In this document: positions 26,426 to 37,443 of the stretch, in pieces
Position numbering within the stretch: the first letter of the stretch is position 1
How the letters are laid out: every line of letters begins with the position of its first letter
Assembly (NCBI GenBank): GCA_965649825.1
Contig: OZ287695.1
Coordinates: 1,413,188-1,477,187, forward strand
Origin: Penicillus capitatus
Taxonomy: Eukaryota; Plantae; Chlorophyta
Length of the DNA: 64,000 bases
Direction: 5' to 3'
Position numbers and translations under genes: made by a program
Notes under the pieces: generated by a model
What the model saw: the letters and a program-made list of their open reading frames with translations, nothing else
Database searches by the model: none
Told to the model about the DNA's origin: nothing

Positions 26426-29400
26426 ATGGAGCTCCAGGAGCTATGCGCCGCTCTTCGGGCGACCGTCAGCGCGAATCGAGATGAGATGAAACACGCCGAG
26501 GCCGTTTTGAAACAGGTATCCTTCCTCTTCGCCGCGATCTCCTCGACGCGTGTCCAAACGCAGCACGAGACGGTCACGGGTCACGCGTCGAATCTTTTTC
26601 TCATTGTCGTGGAAGAGAGCGTCGAGGGCCAGGTTCGCCTCTCTGCCGCCATCTCACTGAAGCGTATCGTCGAGCGAGCCTGGGACCCGGAAGAAGGTCA
26701 GGCCATACGCACGCTCAGTAACGATTCATAATGAAGTCGTAGATATGCCAAAGCTCTCGGAGCAAGATAAGACGCAGATTCGTGCAAACATCATCGAAGC
26801 CGTCGTCAGGTAGAGATGCTCGAGAATCTCGCAGCAAAGTGGTGCGTCTACAGGAGCGTGGATCCGATTCAATCGCAACTCATCGAGGTGTTGAAGGCAG
26901 TCGTCTACGCCGATTTCCCGGAATCGTGGCCAGAGCTGAACAACGCCGTCGTACAGAGTCTCCATACTCAGGCATCGCCCTGTTCCACTACCGACCTACC
27001 ATTCATGTGCGCGTGATCCAGGATGAACGTCAAGTCCTGGGCGCATTGTTAGCATTGCGATGTATTGCAAGAAAATTTGAATTCAAAACGGTAAGCAACA
27101 GGGCGACAGGGAGTGTGCCGGTATATACAGAGTTGTTATGGAACAGGACGCGAAACAAGAGCTCTTCGATGAGCTCATGAAAGCAACCCTTCCCAAAGTG
27201 CTTGAGATTCTGCGCGACTGTGCCGTGAGTGAAGAGCCGAAGGAGGTCTATGCAGAAGTGCTCAAAGCGATTTGCAAGTTCTTCTGGTCTGTTACCTTCA
27301 CCAAAATGCCGCATGGACTGGAAGAACCTTCCACTTTCAAACACCTGATGGACTCCCTGCTCATTCTCATCAAGAAGGAACTGCCCTGGGTCATTCATGC
27401 TCTTGACGCTCCATGTGATGTGACATGCAATGGGGCTGTAGAATCTGATGCCGGCATCAAGGGATGAGCAAGATGGATGGATTTGGTGGAAGAGCAAGAA
27501 ATGGGTACTGCATCTGACGACACGGTTCTTTAAGAACTATGGATCGGTCGAGCGGACGAAAGATGGAGAGAAGTTGTTTGCCGAAATGTTCACCGTAAGA
27601 GGCAACGGATATATGAATCTCACCAAAGGGCGATGTCGTTGTAGGCAAATCTATCCATTCCAATGCTGGAAGCACACATTCAATTCCTGGATCGCATTGC
27701 ACAGTTGCCCTTTAGCCACGACCGCGTCTATGCGCAACTGGTGAACTATATGGAACACGCGACGAACATTCCGCAGACGTACAAGATTCTGAAGCCGCAT
27801 TTGAAACCTATGCTCATCAATATTGTCTTTCCTCTGCTCTGTTTCAACGATTCCGATGCACAACTGATGACAGAGGATCCAGAGGAGTATGTTCGAAAGG
27901 TACTGTTCTGTAGAGTGATAGATCGAGATGTTCGTCACATGTGTGCGCTGCTATTTTAGAGCCACGATTTTATTGAAGATGTTTTCGGCGTCAAAGCAGC
28001 CGCAGGGAATTTTACTCTGAATCTCTGCCGTACGCGCAAGAAACTGGTTCTCGAAGACTTTACGAATCATCTCTTGACAATCATGCGTCAGTACACCGAA
28101 GCTCGAAAGAATGGCAATGAGCCGATCGAGATGGCTAGACTCATGGACGGCGCTCTGACCGCTTTTGGAACCCTCGAATCTGTATTGGTCAAGAAGGCAA
28201 GGTACGCGCTCAGCTATACTGACGACGAAGGGTGATGAAATGCAGAGGAAGTATAAGGGAGTCGTGGAAGACCTCTTGCAGCAATGTGTCCTGCCGTGTT
28301 TTCAGAGTCAATTCGGACATCTCCGTTCACGCGCCTGTTGGGTAGCGGGTCGTTTCAGCTCGACGAAATTCAAGGACGGTCGTGGATCGGGCGCAACATT
28401 CAGGTCTCTTCTGGAGGTTGTCGTGTTGTCGATGAAGGACACCGAAGTACAGAGATCTCTCACATCTCACTCATAAATCGACCCTCTGCCTGTCTAGCTT
28501 CCCGTTCGAGTGGATGCCGTCATCGCTCTGAAGTTCTTTGTCGACGCGATGGACACGCTAGACGACTTCAAATTCATTCTGAAGGATCTTCTGAACGTTT
28601 TCTTCAGTCTGATGAACGAGGTCTGTATCGATGCATTCACCACGAGCGTGATGGTGACGTTTGTGTGTAGATTGAGAATGAGGATATTGTTTTCACTTTG
28701 GAGTCTATTGTCGACAAACTCGGCGAAGACATTGCTCCTTTCGCAGAAGATCTAGGGTTCAATCTTGCAGCTGCCTTCAAGAAGTGTATCGGAACAGGTG
28801 TCGACGAAGAGGAGGATTTTGAGTCGCTCTGCGCTTATGGATGCATTCGAGCGATGAATACTTTGATCGAAAGCGTCCGGAAATCGCCTCCGCTTTACCG
28901 GACGCTGGAGGAGACCTTCTATCCTGTCATTGACACGATTCTGGCAAAAGAGAACGTGGAATTGATTGATGACATTCTGGATATGATCTCCTGCTTCACA
29001 TACTTTAGCACGGAGATCTCTCCCAGGATGTGGGCACTCATGCCTCGCCTGCATGCAGCATACATGACATGGGCCTTTGATTACTTTGAATGCTTGGCTG
29101 TGTGCTTTGGGACATACATTGTCAAGGGCAGAGAAGTCTTTCTGCAGAATAAACAACCGGATTATATGTCTCTTTTCAATCAGGTGCTGGAGAATGCAAT
29201 GACTGGCGATTATCAGGAGGTTGATTTTCATCCCGCCCTGAAACTGATGGAGACAGCTATGCAGCATTTGAAGAGAGATATTGATGCCTTTGTCGGTCCG
29301 TATCTGCATCTCACTCTGCAAAAATGGAGAACAGCAGAACGCAGTGACACTCGCGTGCTGTTGGTCAATGTGGTTGCCAATGCTCTGTGGTACAATCCAG

Positions 29401-30089
29401 TGATAGCTGTGGCATTCCTGCGGCAGCAGGGGGCACTGATGGAGGTCTTCTCCAAGTGGTTTGAGATGATCTATACCGACAAAGAGAACGGAAGAATGAA
29501 GTATTTTCTGAAACACAGCGACAAGAAGATCGGAATCCTGGGCCTTATCTCTCTCCTCGCTGTCCCAGACGATCAATTTCCTAACGAACTGCAAGCAGGA
29601 CAGATTCTGGGCGGCGTGATGAAACTCCTGGCAGCCATTCGGCGTCAAGAGGAGGAAATGCGAGAGACTTCCGAAGATGAAGATTATGATCCAGATGAAG
29701 ATTCAGAAGGCGAATTGGGAGACGCGGATGAAGAGGAGGACGACGACGAGTCGGCCGTCGAATCGAGCTCCGGCTCAGCATACAATAAACTGCTCGAAAA
29801 AGAGACAAGAAAATTGCTGCTGGGCTATCAAGGATCGGATTCTGATGACTACTGCGAAACAGACATGTCGTCGGATGATGAAGATGCACCCATCTATACA
29901 GTGGATCCCTATGTGACGTTTTCGGAGATGCTGGAGTACTTGGAGACAACACACGGTAATCGATTGCAGGAAATGGTGGCTGGAATGAATGAGAGCGATC
30001 GCCAGGCCTTGCATCAGATGATGGATTATGGACGACAGAAGAAAGCGGAAGCGGAGAACGGAATCACACAACACTTGAATGGAAACTGA
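26426..30089 (+). CDS. Importin-7/8 family (SAD2-like) importin-beta, multi-exon
   Basis: IBN_N domain (VRLSAAISLK), DFPESWPEL, WWKSKKWVLH, DPEEYVRK, HLRSRACWVAG, and an acidic C-terminal tract. Confidence 0.92.
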
Positions 30090-30324
30090 AAAAGTGTGAT
30101 GAGCAAACGACGCGGCCCATAAATTTAAGAAGTACGAAAGCACGTAGGACTGGCGGCATTTCTCATCGCGACATCTCGATCTCTTGTCCTCTTGCGACGC
30201 AGAATGCACTCTCTTACAGCGCATCACGGATGGCACTGTAGGACGTCTGTCGAATGTAGAGGTCCATCCAATCGACGCCCTATCGTCATCGCCGTTGAAT
30301 GAGCATGGCGAACGAACGCACTCA

Positions 30325-32657
30325 ATGTCTGTCAACGCGACGAGTCTTGCTCAGGACCCACGTTTCGAAGCATTTCGTGTCGATGATTTCGACGCTGCGA
30401 AGTTCACCAGTCGTGCCCTGTCCGGTGCCGTCTCTTCAGCCCAGACAACGGCACAACAGCTGCGCGAACATATCCAGTTACTCGAAGGGGGCGTTCGAGA
30501 AGAGGTCGTTGAGAAGCAGACGGAACTGAAGCGTGTCGTCACGCACTTGGCCGAAATGGAGACCTCCTGTTTCGCCGTCGATCGAGCCGTCCAGCAGCTC
30601 GGGATGTCTGTCGAGGAACTTCAGTCCTCTCTTCGCGCTCCATGTCAACGCCTGCGTCTGCGCACGACGCAGCTGAAGAATCTGCGCTCGACGATCGCGA
30701 CGCTTCGAATCGTATCGCGTCGATTGAAGCTCATGAAAAAGCTAAAGAAGCGCATTGGCGATGCCGATGTCGAACTGGAAGGCGTCGATCTACCAGACGT
30801 CGCACGTATCATTACAGACCTCCGCGAATCGAGTCCTTATCGATCACATCATCACTCTTATCCCAAGATTTCGCTGTAGATGAAGAGATGGTCACATCAA
30901 ATGTTGATGCATTGAAAGACGACGACGCATATGTGATGTTAATGACCGAAAGAGTGCGTCACAGTGCAGAGATGAAATTACTGAAGGGACAGGAATCGTT
31001 GAACCAGGCAGACATGGGTCACGCTCTGCACGTGTACTTCAATTTGACGGAACTGCCCTCGGCAGTGGATATGCTTGTCGGCAAGAGAACGGCAAAGCTC
31101 AATCACAAGGCCAAAATGACATTCGATTTTCACAGACTATCATCAGGAAATCGCATCTCTGGACAGAGCTCTCTCCAAGAGAGTGTCTGGTCGAGTTTGA
31201 AAACCTTAATTGCCGAGATGGAAGAAGGCATGATGGCGATCTATCACCTGCAACAGGTTTTGGCAAAGAAACACGATCCGGTGACACATGTGATGTTTCT
31301 GAGTGTGGTGCCTCATGGAGACGCCTTGGTTGATCGTTTTTGGTCTCACGCTGTCGGCATCTTCGAACGGAGTCTCACACATGCCGTCCAGCCTGGGAAA
31401 TCCACTCCCATACGCGAAGTCCTGGTTCAAGGGTACCCAGAACTCTGTTCCAGTGTCGAAGCATCTTTGGATCGCCTCTCGAAGCGAACTGCCGAGAAGG
31501 GCAAGCCTTCATCCATAGGGGTCCAGCATCTAGAGCAGCTGCTAGGAAGCTGTCTCACTCTTCAGAATGTCTTCGTCACGCGGTCGCTGACCCACATGAC
31601 AGACACCATCAACGGCGTCTTTCCTCCGGGATCTCGTTCTGTTCCGCCATCGACTGAGATTCAGAAAGTCATCATTGCATTCCACGAAGAGATGAAACAA
31701 GCAGAGAACAGTGTCCAGACCTGTCGATTAGTCGCCAACAATGTTGCCAATGCTGTCCTTTCCATTTCGGAAAAGACACAGATGCTCTCCGCCACAGGTC
31801 CTGAGCTTCGCACCATCTCTGGTTCCTGCAATGCTGCTCAGCTGCGCAACATCAGTCTCTGTTCCAGTTTACAGGATATTCACAAGGCACTGGTCACACG
31901 CATCACAAAGCTGGATCAGAAAGGCATCGAGTTTCTCATTCCTGCGTGCGAGACGCTGAGGACGGCTGCACTGGAACGGATAACACCTATCTTCAAAGCA
32001 ATGATGGAAGCCCTCGAGCAGCATCTCCTGTCGATGCACAGCCTCTCCGTTTGGTCGAAGGACACAGGAGATGTCACACCTTCTGGCTACTTGCAAGAAC
32101 TGAGGCATCAGCTTCGCGCTTTCAGTATGGAATTCCTGGCTCGATTTGCGCCGCCCTTCTCACCGACGACACCTTCGTTCGTTCGTTCCTTAGTAAAACG
32201 TATGGGCTGTCGACTGATTCTCTTCTTTATCCGACATGCAGCACTTCTGCGTCCCTTGTCTGCCCACGGCCGCCAGCAACTTGTTGTGGATGCCATAGAG
32301 CTGGAGAACGTTATCACTCAGACACTGATCTCTGTCTCCACTCTCACACATCACTCTTCTGCCTTACAGTCTTTCAAAGAGCTGGTGCAAATCAGTCCAG
32401 CAGAGATTCGACATCGTCCAAACGTGATGGAACTGCCCAGAAGTGTCATCCTACACCATCTCTTTTCTCATGCTTCTGCACACTTGAAGCTTCCGCATGA
32501 ACGGAGTGGCTTGACCCCTTCTCAGTTTTCTTACTGGCTGGACAGTCACACAGTTGACGAGGCCATTCAAGGTGTCCAGTCCATCTTGGACGTCACCTCT
32601 GTCACATCGGATGATGTGAGCATATGTTCGGTACTCACAGATCTATGTAAGCCATGA
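30325..32657 (+). CDS. COG5: Conserved oligomeric Golgi complex subunit 5
   Basis: FDAAKFTSRAL N-terminus, VYFNL, HLQQVLAKKHDPVTH, RNISLC and FFIRHAALLRPLS. Confidence 0.88.
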
Positions 32658-32686
32658 CCTGTCACATCATTTGCAGTAGCGCCGTC

Positions 32687-34818
32687 ATGCAGTGCGTAAC
32701 ACTCTTGGTCGTGCTGTGTCTATCGACACAGGTGGCGGCCTATCGCTTTCCCGAACGCATTCCCGCTTTTCACCCGCCAGACTTCTCAGCTCACCCCAAC
32801 GCCCGTGCACGACGGAACGACGATTCGCTATGGGCAGACCGTTGCGTCGAAACCTGGCGCAACGCAACGTTGGACCATTTCTCATGGGTGCTGCGTCTCG
32901 GATTCCCCTCGCGCATCCACACAAGCACTCGTGCATGCAGGGACTCGAAGGGGGGTTCGCAAAATTCAAGCAACGTTACTTTGTCTGCGATGAATTCTGG
33001 GACAGCACAACAGATGAGAAGGGACCAATTTTCCTATACCTAGGAAACGAGGCACCTGTGGAGAAGTGCGCCAGGTCCAACCAACATCGCATCTCTGATT
33101 TCGATGTGTTCCAGATACATCGAAGCCACAGGTCTGATGTGGGAATTGGCACCCAAGTTCGGGGCACTGTTGGTGTTTATTGAACACAGGTATGCCTTCC
33201 CTCTTGCACTCTCGCTAGGATTGGACGATTTAGATACTACGGCAAATCCAAACCGTTCGGATCTGAATTCCGTGAGCATTTGGATTATCTCTCTGCCGAA
33301 CAAGCCATCGCCGACTATGCTGAATTCCTCTTTGAGTTTCAGGCGTCTCTGGGCGAAAGCAATCTTCCTGTGATTGGATTTGGAGGATCGTATGGTCTGT
33401 GTCTTTTTGTGTGAGATGATGGTCAGATAGATGTGTGAGATTAGGTGGTATGTTGGGGGCATGGATGCGTCTGAAGTATCCGCATCTCCTTCATGGCGTC
33501 ATCGCCTCCTCTGCTCCGATCTGGAGTTTCATGGGCGAAGTGCCGCCGGTCGATCCCAATTACTTTGACAAAATCAAAACCTATGCGGCCTCTTACCTAG
33601 CAAAAGCCGAGAAAGAATGTGTGCCCAATATCCGCCGTACATGGAGGACACTGTTCGACGTGGGCTCCAGTCCCAAGGCTGGCTTCGGATTGGAAGCTAT
33701 CCGTCGGGCTTTGAACATCTGTCCTGATGTGAAATTGGAACTGTCGTCGAACACGATTTGGCGGATCATCCATTGGATCGATCATGCCATCACGATCATG
33801 GCAGAAGGCAGCTATGGCTTCCCATCGGACTACATGACGGACGGTGTTGCCAAACTGCCACCATATCCTTTGAGACTCGGTTGCACATATCTGGCCGAAC
33901 CTCTCCACAGTGTCGATCTGCTCGAAGGTCTTGAGCTTATCTATGAGATCCGGCAGATGGCTCTGCAATGCCCTTTGCCTAGGTGTTGGCAAAATGATCG
34001 GGATCTACTATAATGTGACCAAAGATGCAGAATGCTTTCCACTAGAACGTGAGATTTCTGAAGAAGGCAAAGAAATCTCAGACATGTGGTCACATCAGTA
34101 CTGCACCGAAATGTTTCAGATGTTCGGCTCCGATGGAAGTAAAATCCACGAGACTTCCGTTGGGAGATCTCTTTGAGGTGTTTCGCTCTAGTCGAGGATA
34201 TGTTTTGGAGCGATCCATGGAATCCAGAAGGGATGAAAGAGTACTGCAAGCTACATCACAAGACAGAAGCCCGTCCTTACTGGGCAACGATTCAATGGGG
34301 AGGGAAAGATATTTCATATGCCTCCAACATCATCTTCAGCAATGGAGAGTATGATCCATGGAGAGGCGGCGGTGTGCAAACAAACATTTCGGACACAGCA
34401 GTTGCCATCCTTATTCTCGAGGTTTTCTCAGCAGCCGACACAATTGCAGGATCAAAATGATTATCTACAGGGAGGGCATCATGCAGATTTAATGTTCTCG
34501 ACAGAACAAGATAACGAAAGCTTAAGATCAGCAAGGCAGTTTGAAAAAGAGTCCATTGCTGTCTGGATCAAGGTGGTACGAGAGAAGAATAGAAAACTCA
34601 AAGAGCTCCTGGCAGCTCTGTCTCCAAAGTCTCCATCCGCCACGAGTTCCACCCCGGCGATCGAGAATTTCGACGCGTTCCAGGACACAGAAAAAAGCAC
34701 TAACAGGCTTTGGACGCTTGGGCCTCGTCTGGACTCTGATGCATCTAGTCTGACATCGGCATTTGATAAAGGAAAGCTAGAGGGTCTCGAAGAATCGGAC
34801 AGTCGATTCATTGTTTAA
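32687..34818 (+). CDS. PRCP: Lysosomal Pro-X carboxypeptidase (serine peptidase S28), multi-exon
   Basis: Signal peptide, GPIFLYLGNE, EHRY, GGSYGGML (catalytic Ser), ASSAPI, NIIFSNGEYDPW and GHHADL. Confidence 0.93.
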
Positions 34819-35710
34819 CGGGATCGGAAGCCTCCTCAATTCCTGCTGCTTCTGTTGCTTCCGTTTTTATTGTTCCCTTTTGGGATTGTGATGTAAGGTT
34901 TGTTCCTAGTTGCAAGAATGTGTCGATGATGCTCTGTTGCTGAACGTTATGCTGTGCCTGCTCCAGAAGAGCATCCGACTGTTCCGTCAGATACGTATCT
35001 GGATGGACACCGTCATTCATAGCCGTCCACATTTCGAGCGGCACCTCTCGCTTCTCTTTCTTCAAACGATGGCCATCGGCGGCTGCCTCTTCTTTGGTGA
35101 TTCCCTCCAGATGACGCAACAGATCACAATACTCTCGCAGTTTCTGTTCGAGACGTGCCGAATCGCGCTCCGGGAGAAAACTCTTCGTCAGGCTCTTCAA
35201 ATCGAGGGCCATGTTGAACAGAGCATCGACGCCTTCATCAAAAGCATCTTGTTTTGACCGATCTTCGTGGTCGTGTTTTTTATCGAGTGAGTGTGATTTG
35301 ACCAGAGGCGTTGGCGGCGGCGATCGAGATTCGACATGAGCTCCAAATACTTCGCCTTTCACATCCGTCACACTCTCACACTTTCGAAATTTATCAGGAA
35401 TAGATTTGAGTCGCATCTGACCTACTTCGACAATCGCATCTTCGTTCAAACGGGAAATTTCGGAGACGGCAGGAACCGTTGGCGCTTCGGAACGCTGAAC
35501 GAGACGGAAAACGATGCCGGGCTTCGAATCTGCGGATTGGAGGTGATTTCCTGGTCGTGGACGTTTCGCCGCCGCCGTCGTTTTGAGTGACTGCGATACG
35601 TGAGCCGTACTGCGATCCGAATTGCCCGTCGGTTCATCGGAACTGCGCGTGTGTTTGCTGCTGCTCTGTGCGGGTTTCACAGCCCGGAACATGATTTTGC
35701 GACCCTGCAT
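34808..35710 (-). CDS. MED10: Mediator subunit 10-like protein with long N-terminal extension
   Basis: The C-terminal part, VPLEMWTAMNDGVHPDTYLTE flanked by helices, resembles the Med10 VPxExxxxIDxGxNPD motif. Start is uncertain (35710, 35692 or downstream). Confidence 0.65.
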   Translation of the reverse strand: MQGRKIMFRAVKPAQSSSKHTRSSDEPTGNSDRSTAHVSQSLKTTAAAKRPRPGNHLQSADSKPGIVFRLVQRSEAPTVPAVSEISRLNEDAIVEVGQMRLKSIPDKFRKCESVTDVKGEVFGAHVESRSPPPTPLVKSHSLDKKHDHEDRSKQDAFDEGVDALFNMALDLKSLTKSFLPERDSARLEQKLREYCDLLRHLEGITKEEAAADGHRLKKEKREVPLEMWTAMNDGVHPDTYLTEQSDALLEQAQHNVQQQSIIDTFLQLGTNLTSQSQKGTIKTEATEAAGIEEASDPVKQ

Positions 35711-35715
35711 CGAAA

Positions 35716-37383
35716 TTACGTCATCCAACGATCCAGTGCGATCCCAGAAAACAGAATTGCCCCCAGCCACTTGTTCGATGCAAAAGTCCGCATGCAGTCT
35801 TCGGCACGATCAAGATGGACATGGCCGATCTGCCAAGCCAGATGACATCCAGTGGCAATAAGAGATGTGAAATAGAAGCCACCACAACCGGCGGCGTATC
35901 CTGTCGCTGATAGGCACATTAACTGACAAACGGCAAAACCTGTGCATCCAACCATGGAGGCGTGAATCCTATCCAAGGAAATGCACGAGGCAGATCTCAC
36001 CGGTGAGCCATGTTTTGACTCGGTCTTCGAAATAGAGTGCTGTCGATTTCACTCCAATGGCTCGATCATCGATCCGGTCCTGTACAACAGATGTGTGGAT
36101 GGTCGTGGTTATGAGCGATGGCCATGCCTGACAGGCGTAGATGGTGTCATAGATGAGGGTCCAGAAGACGCTGGATGCATAGAGGGGAAGAACGATGCTC
36201 CAATCACAGCTGCCTCGTACGGCAGACCATCCCAGCAGTGCACCCCAATTGATGGACATACCCAGATAGAGCTGAGGCTAGAAGGCTAGTGTTCTCGCGC
36301 GACATGCTTGGGAGAACAGAAGACGCTTACCAAATGTGTCCATCTTTTGGCAAGAGGATAGGTCACGACGAGGGGGACGGACAGCGCTCCGAGTACCTTA
36401 CTAGAGACGATATCATGTGAATAGCACTGGCGATGACCGCCACCGTTACCTGTAGTCATTGAGTTGCAGCAGAACAGCGAGTCCTGCTGTGAACTGAGCT
36501 CCTAGAAAAGCTGCACGACACCGTAGCCATGGAGTGGCATCGTTGCATTGAGCGTTTGCCTATTGCTTGCTTCCGTGTGAGCAATGATGCAGCCAACGGT
36601 CGGCTTTTGGTCCTGAAGACCAATCGATCGAGTTTGACATCCCACAAGTCGTTTACTGTGCATCCAGCGCCACGCATCACCTAGACGATCACCCATCCTT
36701 CCTAGCGGACAGATGTCCTTATCCCATTACTACGGCTCCTGCTCCAAAGAGTGCCAACATGTACATATCTGGCAATGATCCGTGAGGAGCTGCAAGAGCG
36801 ATGGACCTAGATCACTCGTTCAGTTGATACTGGAATGGATGTTGTCACATTAGTACCAGAAACAAGGCCACCCGAGGAGCCATGTCGCTGAGAACTTATC
36901 CACTCGCATGAGTTGAGCATATCTAACAGACAGGAAGGGGATCGCTCCATTGCATACTATGACAGAAGACAACGCACGGTATCCATGAGCGGGGCAGCAT
37001 TCGGAGCACAAATGATGATTTGAGTGATGACGAATGGGTACTGCTAAAGAACTGGAGAGAAGCACGACGCAGACTCAAGAGAGCAGAGATTTCAAGAGAG
37101 AACGTACACGAGATGGAAGGCGCATCCCTCGACGATGGAGATTCTCTACAAATCCTTTGATCTGTCCTCTGGAGTTGGCAATCGATGCAGAGCCTTCTCG
37201 GCATTTCGGGGTCATCTTTAAGGTCGAGATGTTCACTGTCTCCTTTTGCATCGCAGCCGCAAATGCTTCGACATTCCGTGGCTGTTGCGACGGTTCTGAC
37301 GCCTGGAGAAGAATGCCAGTCCATGGATGACTCGGGCAATAGACAGCCAAGGCGCGATGCGCCTGTCGAGTTCTGCCAAGCAT
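35716..37383 (-). CDS. COQ2: 4-hydroxybenzoate polyprenyltransferase, multi-exon
   Basis: [57 protein letters not shown] and GVKSTALYF; mitochondrial-type N-terminus. Confidence 0.93.
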
Positions 37384-37443
37384 TATGACAAGTGATGATG
37401 ATCATTGCCTGCGTCGATGCTGTAGACGAGAATCTGGCGTACA

